Origin: Eledone cirrhosa | Taxonomy: Eukaryota | Length of the DNA: 64,000 nucleotides | Reading direction: 5' to 3' | Assembly (NCBI GenBank): GCA_964016885.1 | Contig: CAXHJY010001342.1 | Span: 62,001 to 126,000 of the forward strand | In this document: piece by piece, positions 52,014 through 64,000 of the stretch | How the letters are laid out: every line of letters begins with the position of its first letter | How positions within the stretch are numbered: position 1 is the first letter of the stretch | Program-made: the position numbers and the translations under genes | The notes under the pieces: generated by a model | Told to the model about the DNA's origin: nothing | The model's input: the letters and a program-made list of their open reading frames with translations, nothing else | Database searches by the model: none

Positions 52014-54825
52014 TACACACACACACCAACAGCCGGGCAGACAGCCATAACACAATCACAAGTTAAATTTACTCCAGGTGCCAATAATAAATCGGAGAAT
52101 TGAATTACCAAGAAACTATTAGAATATTTTCTGTCAATATTTTACTCTCCCCTCATAGAAATACAGAATGAAAAAAGACCCCCTAAACAAAAAACAAAAC
52201 ACAAACAAACAAGCAAACAACAATAAATAAAACAATATTTTCACTATATTTTTTTTTATAAAATTTCATTTTTTTTCTATACTTTATAATTTATTTCATG
52301 GTGTCATTGTCTGGGTTTTATGCTGATTTTTGCAAGATATTCCTGAAATTGTTTCGAAAATTTAAAGTTCTTTTCTTTATTACTTCTTCCTATTTGTCTC
52401 TTAAATTTCCCTTTCGACTGCTACAATTTCTCTTCTATTCAGCTGTTTCCTATCTGAACATATGTCTCCGTTATTTTTTAATTTAATAACAATAATGCTG
52501 GCTGTCTACAGAAAAACTCCCATATGGTTTAAAATGGCGTCCAGTAAATATAATATTCATAAAGGATTCATGTCTAGGTTTTGTTCTATTGAGACTCTTG
52601 TATTTCCCTTAACAATGACAAAAAAAATTATATATGTAATTACACGTTACCTCATGACATTATGGCGACGTTATACGGGTTTTATGCCCATTTTTATTTG
52701 CTATATTTTTACCATAAAATACAGCTGACAGACCTGCTGGAAATAGCAGTCGAATTTATAAATCTGATCGCTTTTTTACGTTATATTATATGGAATTATT
52801 TAGTTTCGACCTCTCTTACTGTCTACAGCTGAATGGAAGAGATTGGAATATTATGGGAGATATCACGTACTCTAATAGAGAAGGACATAAAACCAAATGT
52901 TATGTTATGTGTAAAGTGAGAGGTGCACTAAAATGTAGATTGTTGAGAAATAAAGGTGGATGTGTAGGTATATGTGAAAGAAAAAAAAATATATGAAAAA
53001 GAAAAATGTATATGCATGATCCTCCCAATGTAAAACCATATCTGTTTTAACACACGGTTTCAGATAATAAAAATCTTGTAAAACAAATACTAAAAACATA
53101 CCGCGCCAGACTCTTGATGCCAAAGACTCGAAACGTTCTCACAAGACCAGGCATGGAATGTGGAGTCCGTTGTATACAAGAAGGAAGTTTCCTCAGTCAT
53201 GATAAGCAAGCTAACACACGTTAAGTCCTATGTGGGTATAATGCAAAGAAACCTAATTACAGGAGCGATGAAGATCATATTTCAATGGTTCTAAGAAATG
53301 TCTTCTATGCACAGCTGAAAGGTAGAATATAAAACCACAGAAATATTAGGTTTGTATTCTGATAAGAAATTTAATATTGGACAGCTGTTAGAAACAATAA
53401 TGTAATGAGATTATTTTTCCATAACGCGTACCACACTGCATAATGTAGTCTTTCTATTTAAAAGATGTATACTCGATGTGAATTAGCTGCCACATCTTTC
53501 AGGTCGTGTACAAGTCTAATGAATTCTCATTGTTTCGGTGTAAAGTCATTAATCTAATGGGAAATGCTTTCCTTTTTTTATATTGGTTTAGTATTCAGCT
53601 GCAGCGCTATCAAGACTGGTGAGATCGAAATGTTTCTCTTGTACAGTTGCAAACGGTACATTCTAGTAAAAACTTGAACAAAGAGAGTATTTCAAATGCC
53701 TGACTTGCTAAAGAGGAGGGAATGGGTGATGTGGTGACTAGCAAGTAACATTGACAGTAAAGCACTAAAAGAAGCAAGTAGAACGATAGAGCATTTGTGG
53801 AAATGGCTACCAAAACATCCATCCACAAGGTGCACATTGTTGAAACTGCACGTCAAAGGTGAATATGTTAGCGGGTGATCCCATACCTCCCAGTTGAGGG
53901 GCCATTTTGGATGTGGTATAGGATATCGGAAAGTGAACCAACAACAACGTTTCAGATATCGGGGACTTACTACATTGTTTGACTCAAATGCCAGAATAAC
54001 TTACGTAAAACTAGAATGTGTCTATTAGTTTTTGAGACAGCTGTTTCTTACAGTATCGTATATTTCGTCTGAAGATAGTTGATCAAGAAGTTGAATAAAA
54101 CAGAATCTATAGTTATAGACAGAAATTCATTTTACTTCTTAATGCAATGTGTTAATTCAACTAGCCTAAAGGGCATGACGTAGAGGCTTGTTCAGAGTTT
54201 GAAATAATTAATTATGGTTGAGGCAGTATTTGCAGTAGATCAGTTAAGTATTCCATCTGCAATCACTTTCTCAAGTGATGTAATTATCGACACAGTTCAA
54301 TGCAACAAGAATATATTCATAGTAAGTATTCTTACCATTTGCCAAACCTTGTAAATATAACTAATTCTATGTAAATGACGTTAACAACGAACATACAAAT
54401 GTTAACTTTTGCAGTCTTTTGAGATTTCTAAACAATTTATCTATACTGAGTTTTTCTTTGAAACAAAGCAAAGTTTGACTCGTTTTGAATTTACATTTCA
54501 CGTTCTAATATGTGCTAGATAAACATATTTTCTTAAGCAACACTAATAGAGCCACATGACTTTAGGCAACTCTCACTTGAGATACACGTGTTAAATTCTA
54601 AAGCAAGCAAAAGCTTTAGTTTCCTAGAATATTATTGATAAAGTTCTTGCAGAAAAGTAATAATAAAGGTGATTGATCTTCATACAAAATCGTACTGCGC
54701 ATGTCAGAATGGAAAAACGGCATTTTTATTAATGCAACTGCCGTTGCTGCAGCACCAGATGGTGATGATTGTGATGTTGGTCATGATAAAGTTGATAATG
54801 ATGGTTGGAGTCGAGTTAACCAGCC

Positions 54826-54883
<58 letters not shown>

Positions 54884-54920
54884 TATAAATATATAGATGG
54901 ATAGATAGATATATATACTT

Positions 54921-54998
<78 letters not shown>

Positions 54999-55098
54999 AA
55001 GTATATATATCTATCTATCCATCTATATATTTATACTTATATATATATGTATATGTATAAGTATATATACACATATATATATATATGTATATGTATAA

Positions 55099-55495
<397 letters not shown>

Positions 55496-55577
55496 TTATT
55501 CCGGGATGAATCGGAGGTAACGACCGTAAGTGAGGTACTCAATACATAGCAGAGTATAAACGTTTTAATATAGATGA

Positions 55578-55626
55578 GATTCTACAGGACTAGAACTGTT
55601 TCATTCTTGAGAAATCATCAGGAATC
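55578..55626 (-). ncRNA. Type I hammerhead ribozyme (family B, left arm)
   Basis: Minus strand: GATTC CTGATGA T TTCT ca AGAA T GAAA CAG ttctagtc CTG TA GAATC. Confidence 0.82.
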
Positions 55627-55627
55627 T

Positions 55628-55676
55628 GATTCCTGATGATTTCTCAAGAATGAAACAGTTCCAGTCCTGTAGAATC
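55628..55676 (+). ncRNA. Type I hammerhead ribozyme (family B, right arm)
   Basis: GATTC CTGATGA T TTCT ca AGAA T GAAA CAG ttccagtc CTG TA GAATC; predicted GUA cleavage after 55671. Confidence 0.82.
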
Positions 55677-55685
55677 TCATCTATA

Positions 55686-55787
<102 letters not shown>

Positions 55788-55802
55788 AATATATATAAAT
55801 AT

Positions 55803-55927
<125 letters not shown>

Positions 55928-55938
55928 CATATATATAA

Positions 55939-55969
<31 letters not shown>

Positions 55970-55987
55970 CATATATATAAATATATC

Positions 55988-56565
<578 letters not shown>

Positions 56566-56585
56566 TAATTATATATATATATATG

Positions 56586-56675
<90 letters not shown>

Positions 56676-56678
56676 AAT

Positions 56679-56713
<35 letters not shown>

Positions 56714-56714
56714 C

Positions 56715-56778
<64 letters not shown>

Positions 56779-56781
<3 letters not shown>

Positions 56782-57019
56782 GATAAATCTACCAAGAGTT
56801 TACGGTAGTGTCCAATCCGTATGAAGACGGCATATATATGTGTTGGGTATGTATATTTAATTTTGATAGTTTGTATAATTTTGTATAATTTTGTACATAG
56901 ATCTGTTGAATATGCATGCCAATTCTAACACATATATATCCTAGAAACGATCGTTAAATAATGAACTTTTTTTGTTTAATATAAGGAACTGTTTCATTGT
57001 TTTATTCATTATTTTTTTA

Positions 57020-57027
<8 letters not shown>
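56779..57027. mobile_element. Family F element, rearranged copy
   Basis: Inverted tail end 56779-56827 joined through TGAAGA to the ribozyme body ending GAAA CGATCG TT AAATAAT at 56962. Confidence 0.78.
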
Positions 57028-57650
<623 letters not shown>

Positions 57651-58435
57651 CATATATATAAATATATATATATATATACATATATTGTACAGACTAATAA
57701 ATATACGCTGATGGAATAAAATCCATACTAGTCAGTTAGAATTATTGGAAAAAATCTCTAGTCATGTTTAGCTGTTATTTTGCCATCTTCAGTGAATCCC
57801 TTATTGTTTAGAGTTATAATAATTTAGATGGTGGATATTATCATAGAATTATATAATATTCATTTTATACTGCAAGGCCCGTAAATCAGAGGCCCGAAAA
57901 ATATCCAAATACTGACACTTCTTGACCGATCGCTTCCTCTTTATGTCAGTCATAAGGAAGTAGCTTCGTGAGATTGAATGGCTCATGCAGCGGGTGTCAC
58001 TGAAAGTTCTCCGCGGCAATGCTATCACCATCTCGAAGTCCGTGGGTGCAACTGAGATATTTTTATCACATAGACAGAGGGTGTAATGTCTGCGCCCCCA
58101 CCCCATTTCCCATGTTTTCATTATTTTGTTTCGTTCTTATGGAAGTATTGATTTTATTTTCCTCAGAATCAGGAATATTTGGCAATCTACACCGATTCTA
58201 GAAATTCTATGAAGAGGATAATGCTTTCTAGCATTGGTATTCGGAAAACCATTCTTTGGTCCCGGTAGACTTATTACCAATAAGATGATAGATGCCTGGA
58301 GCTAGGCAGAAAAACTGACAATTCCCCGATTACATTAAACTTCTAGCACAAATGTCGTGAAGAAACTAGACTCTGGGCTATTGTCGCATATTCATTCACC
58401 CATAATATATGCGGCACTCAATATGTAACGGTATC

Positions 58436-59620
58436 ATAATAATTTCTAATTTTGGCACAGTGCCATCAATTTGTGGGATGGATGAAATCAATTGAATCGA
58501 TCCCAGTACTTAATAATTCAAAGTGGAAAATAAAATTTGGTGTTCAAATCAACGCTGCAATATTCTGCACACATAAGTAAATAAATAAATATAAATTATA
58601 TTATATTGATTCTTAATTTAGGCACAAAGTCAGCAAATTTATGGGAATGATAAAATCGATGATATTGAACCCAGTACTTGACCAGTATTTTATTTTATAG
58701 ACTTCAGAAGGATGAAAGGCAAAGTTGACCTCGACAGGAGAGACAGAAAAAACACAAAAGTATTCAAGACCCTCAAGTATCAGAATTATAATAAGTTCTG
58801 AATTAGGGATAAGCCCAACAATTTGGAGGGAAGGGAAAGTCGATTAAACCGCCCCTAGTGCTTTACTGGTACTGTATTTTATCAACACCGTAAGGGAAAA
58901 AGGCAAAGCTAACCTCGGTGGGATTTGGACTCAGAATGTAAATAGTATTCAACCGTCTTCAAGTAACAGAATAATAATGGTTTCTACTTTAGGCTCAAGG
59001 CCAGCAATTTGGGGAGAGGGCAAAGTCGATTAAATCGATCCTAGTGCATTACTGGTACTTTATTTTATCGACACTGTGAGGATGAAAGGCAAAGTTAACC
59101 TCGGCGGGATTTGAACTCAGACCATAAAGGGCCGTAACTCTTTGCTGCAAAGCATGACGTCCGAGCCTCTACCGATACTGCCAATCCACCGTCCTGTAAT
59201 AGAATAATAATTGTTTCTACTTTTGGCACAAGGCCAGCAATTATCCCAGTGCATTACTGGTACTTTATTTTATCGACCCTGTAAGGATGAAAGGCAAAGT
59301 TAACCTCGGCAGGATTTGAACTCAGATCAGAAAGGGGCGTAACCCTGTGCTGCAAAGCCTGTTGTCCGACCCTCTACCGATACTGCCAAACCACCTAGAA
59401 TAATAATGATTTATTATGTTGCCATCAAGGAAAGTTGGGGTGGTGGTGGTGAAGGAAGAGTTGATTATATTAGTACCATTAATTGAGTGGTACTTATTTT
59501 ATCGACCTAATATGAAAGGCAAAATTGACCTATATGAGATGTGAAGTCAGAAGGTAAACGTCGTAATTAAATATCACCAGGCATATAGTTTGGCGCTCTA
59601 CCAATTCTGCCAATCTACCA
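58436..59620 (-). mobile_element. Array of about six co-oriented tRNA-SINE copies
   Basis: Tail/core units starting near 58436, 58605, 58787, 58972, 59203 and 59400. Confidence 0.85.
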
Positions 59621-60105
59621 ATAAAAGCATTATTTATATCTGTCCAGTAAGAAATACGGAAAGTATCATGACTCTCAAGTGTATGCTTTTTTTGGTGGAG
59701 GGGTAGTGATGGACGGGATTTCATAAAACGCTGCCATATTCTTCAACTAGGCTATTCAGATGAAAAGAAGACGTTTATGGTGTCTGCCAGAATGCAGGGA
59801 CAAAAAAGTGACTAAAAAAAACCCCCCAAACAAACAAAACAACAAAAGATCTGAAATATAAGCAATATACGAACAGGACATTATATGATATGGTTTGTTA
59901 AATGGTAAAGTCAAACTTAGCTGAATTATCTCTCGACGATGCATAGAATGGTCATTGATATATGAGGTGCTGGCGCAGAGGGATATATACGGTATGAAAT
60001 AACATGACACCATGATGAATGGTTTCAACAAAATGCTAAATGTTAGTCGGCATAGACATAAATTCTTAGATGAGGAAGTGCATTACTGATATATGTATGT
60101 ATGCG

Positions 60106-60184
<79 letters not shown>

Positions 60185-60237
60185 TACACTCACACATACA
60201 CTCACACACACATACACTTTTTTCTATATAGATGGTT

Positions 60238-60280
<43 letters not shown>

Positions 60281-60281
<1 letters not shown>

Positions 60282-60486
60282 CGAAGGAAATGTGGTAAGG
60301 AACCAGGTGGACCATAACGCACCAAAGTACTCAATACTTAGAGTAGTAGAGTGGGTAATAAGAACCAGTAAGACCCCGACGGCTGAGCTCAAGCCGTTTC
60401 GACGGCTAATTCTGGACTTTAATTTAGTCCAGAATTAGCCGTCGAAACGGCTTGAGCTCAGCCGTCGGGGTCTTACTGGTTCCTAT
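60281..60486 (-). mobile_element. Family A fold-back element, copy 3
   Basis: Tail 60281-60357, palindrome 60358-60486. Confidence 0.9.
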
Positions 60487-60664
60487 ATATATATATTTAT
60501 ACATATGTATATATATACATCAATACATATATATATATAAATCTCTATATATATACATACATATGGTTCAATATATATATATACATATATTTATACATGT
60601 ATATAAATATATATATATATGTATGATATTAAATAAATGGAAACTATATTTATAAAACCAGATT

Positions 60665-60730
60665 TATTTCATTATATATATTTCAGGGATATCATATTAA
60701 AAATATGCTATGCCTTCCTCAGACAAAATA
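60665..60730 (-). ncRNA. Type I hammerhead ribozyme (family H, left arm)
   Basis: Reverse complement of 61847-61912. Confidence 0.75.
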
Positions 60731-61014
60731 CAATATAAACAGTCTTATAAATAGATAGATTCGACATACCTTTCAACATCGACTTCAATTTGAAAAGTTG
60801 AATTGGTAGTGGAAAAAATATTAGGGACAGTTATAAAAAGAAAGAAAGAAAAAAAGAAAAAACGGAGAAAAAGAAGAAATGCATGCAACTAAATAGAGAG
60901 AGATAGATATAGAGAGATAGATAGAGAGAAGAAATTCATGTAAAGAAACAGAGAGAGATATATAGAGAGAGGAAAAAACACAGAGGGAGATAGATAGAGA
61001 GAGAGAGAGAGAAG

Positions 61015-61058
<44 letters not shown>

Positions 61059-61846
61059 ATAGAGAGATAGATATAGATAGAGATAGAGAGAAAGAAAATA
61101 GGTAGTTGTGCACCAGTTGAATGACGTATCAATGATATATTTATTTATTTATTTATTTAGCTCTAGTATCAATGTAGAGAGATATATGTGGTTAAGAGAG
61201 AAAACAGCCGTTACATAGAGAGAAAAGAAAAAGAAAAATATCCAGACAAAAACGAGGCAGATTTAAATCATCAATGTATCATCAAAGTAAAAAATATCAA
61301 TTCGTATAAAACAGGCATTATAATGTAAATATCAGTATTCATGAATGAGACACGTATCAATAAAGTGTGAAAAATAATGATCATATGTCTAGTTTAAAAT
61401 TCATAGGTTTATATTAGAAGGTTATCCCAGATTTTATACTATATACTATATACTATATACATCCATGTGAATTTACGTGACCATCTCTGCAAATTCCTAT
61501 TTCACACGAGAACATTCTCATTGTGCTATAACAATTCTAGTATACATATATGTGTACATACACACAAATATATATAGAGTCTACATTAATTTTAATTTTA
61601 ACAATACTCTACATGATTATCATTCAAGCATAAATAGAGAACAGATATCAATATATCAATAAAAATATCAGAAACAAAAAGTAAATAAAAAACAAAAAAC
61701 AAAAAAACAAAAAACAAAAAACAAAAATCTTTCTTTCTTTTTATAACTGTCCCTAATATTTTTTCCACTACCAATTCAACTTTTCAAATTGAAGTCGATG
61801 TTGAAAGGTATGTCGAATCTATCTATTTATAAGACTGTTTATATTG

Positions 61847-61912
61847 TATTTTGTCTGAGGAAGGCATAGCATATTTTTAATATGATATCCCTGAAATATA
61901 TATAATGAAATA
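61847..61912 (+). ncRNA. Type I hammerhead ribozyme (family H, right arm)
   Basis: TATTTTGT CTGAGGA AGG c ATA g CATATT ttt AATATG a TAT c CCT GAAA TATATA TA ATGAAATA. Confidence 0.75.
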
Positions 61913-62125
61913 AATATGGTTTTATAAATATAGTTTCCATTTATTTAATATCGTAAATATACTCCAAATACTTGTTGAGTGCTTTTATATCAGTTATAAA
62001 TATTTACTCGTTGTTAACCCAACAATTTAAAGAAAACTTTGCATATATATATGTATATATATAGATTTATATATATATATATGTATTTATGTATATATGT
62101 ATAATATATATATATGTATATATAT

Positions 62126-62298
62126 ATATTGTTATACTTTGGCAGGGTCATGTTGCCAATAAGAAACACACGCACCAGTTGCTTTCACTTCAATTTATTA
62201 TAAATTAAATTTATAAATGACCCTTCCAAAGTATAACAATATCGGTTTCAACACACGTTTTCAGATAAAGAATCTTGCTAAACAAATTCAGAAACGAA
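62126..62298 (+). mobile_element. Small fold-back element (family J), no ribozyme found
   Basis: About 25-bp inverted arms 62127-62151 and 62217-62241, one-sided tail, TA runs on both sides. Confidence 0.6.
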
Positions 62299-62319
62299 AT
62301 ATATATATATATATATACA

Positions 62320-62473
62320 TATCGATATACATTTTAAGAGGGTCCGTCGAGCTGCCGATTATTGAGTCGGGTAGGATCGATACAGGTAGAACTTTGAGCT
62401 GATCAGTGGCGAAACGCGCGTCACCTATCAATAAATGCAATGAAGGAGTAATCAATCGTCCTTGTTATCCTTT

Positions 62474-62476
<3 letters not shown>
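62320..62476 (+). other. Island in (TA)n with hammerhead 3' half
   Basis: GC GAAA CGCGCG TC ACCT at 62409-62426 with upstream AGGT; CUGANGA not recognisable. Confidence 0.45.
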
Positions 62477-62508
<32 letters not shown>

Positions 62509-62534
62509 TCACCTCCTACACTATATATATATAT

Positions 62535-62954
<420 letters not shown>

Positions 62955-63451
62955 GTGCGTGTGCGCATGCGTGTGTAGGTATTGATAGAGAAAAGGGACA
63001 AGTATATATAGGGATAAAGGCTTTATCGAGATGCAAAGAAGTTCGCTTTATAGCCATGAGTTCTCAGGTTCGACTTCAATACACAGCTTCTAAGGTCAAA
63101 TATCTTTACGACCATCTATTGTAAACCCAATTGTAAACCCAATCCTTATGAATAAAACTAGGGAGATGGAAAGTATGTAGAAGCTTGTTGGATGCAATTC
63201 AAAGGTCCAACGTTGTGACATGTTTTGTTTCATTCAGTTTGGAAAGTACCGGTCTTGGAAGTATACAGGTCGTACACCTGTCTGTTGAACTCTCAAGAAC
63301 CTATACTTTAATTCACGAACCAGGCATTCAGTTCTTCAAACAACTGAATGCCAATCGTCGAAATCGACGGAGAACCCAAAACACACACACAAACACACAA
63401 AGTATGCTTTTTTGGTGGACGGGCAGTGAATGACAGGATATTAGAAAACGT

Positions 63452-63491
<40 letters not shown>

Positions 63492-63493
<2 letters not shown>

Positions 63494-63689
63494 GTTATTC
63501 CGGGTTGAATCGGAGGTAACCACAGTAATTAAGGTACTCAATACATTGCAGAGTATAAAAGTTTTAATATAGATGAGATTCTACAGGACTAGAACTGTTG
63601 TATTCTTTAGAAATCATCAGAAATCTCATGATTCCTGATGATTTCTAAAGAATGAAACAGTTCTAGTCCTGTAGAATATCATCTATATT

Positions 63690-63692
<3 letters not shown>
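63492..63692 (-). mobile_element. Family B fold-back element, copy 4 (hammerhead on + at 63630-63678)
   Basis: Tail 63492-63561, palindrome 63562-63692; GATTC CTGATGA T TTCT aa AGAA T GAAA CAG..CTG TA GAATA. Confidence 0.9.
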
Positions 63693-63729
<37 letters not shown>

Positions 63730-64000
63730 CAGTATAAGTGTGTGTAAGTGGGAATGTTTGTGAGTATGTATGCGGGTATGTGTGTGTGAGTGTATGTGCA
63801 TGGATTCCTTTATAGAAAATACACCTCAATTCATTAGTAGATCATGTTACCACGTTATTATCACAATATTAGTAAAGTTTTACAATAGAATCTCTACACC
63901 ACTATCACATAATTATCACATTTCTATAGTCTTACTATAGCCTTACAACATCATTACTATACAAGCACAAGAACATTGCTATAGTCTTAGAACATTTCAA

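Larger units (their letters stand above)
60625..62043 (+). mobile_element. Family H long fold-back element
   Basis: About 225-bp near-perfect inverted arms (60625-60849 and 61728-61952), 880-bp spacer, one-sided 90-nt tail. Confidence 0.85.

Noticed and set aside
53100-53335. Host exon on the minus strand (TTTCAG acceptor, GTATGT donor)
   Set aside because: Stops in all three frames; cannot be supported without transcript data
57760-57800. Hammerhead on the minus strand (CTGAAGATGGC...GCTAAACATG)
   Set aside because: GAAA and stem I are missing; overlaps a motif also seen near 20395 and 52735 that looks like another repeat

Overview
Repeat-saturated, AT-rich animal genomic DNA, most likely a cephalopod (octopus-type tRNA-SINEs, extreme microsatellite load); no host protein-coding gene can be supported. 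Positions 1-18150 are one (ATT/TAA)n microsatellite invaded by six non-LTR retrotransposon copies: three Tx1-clade copies on + (one full length, with ORF1 and a frameshifted APE-RT ORF2) and three R4/Dong-type RT-RLE copies on - (one with an intact 1130-aa ORF), each separated by (ATT)n. From about 22 kb to the end, the short islands between (TA)n tracts are a set of at least a dozen unrelated non-coding elements. Most carry a type I hammerhead ribozyme (about 20 complete, half or degenerate motifs read by eye), many are fold-back palindromes with a one-sided 3' tail, and several share a TTGAGT tail motif 41-48 nt from the end. One hammerhead lies directly behind a decayed GIY-YIG endonuclease, which ties the set to Penelope-like elements. 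Also present: over 20 tRNA-SINE copies (often in tandem), an RTE-type LINE 3' fragment and two minisatellites. All structures were derived by manual base pairing; element boundaries inside microsatellites are approximate.
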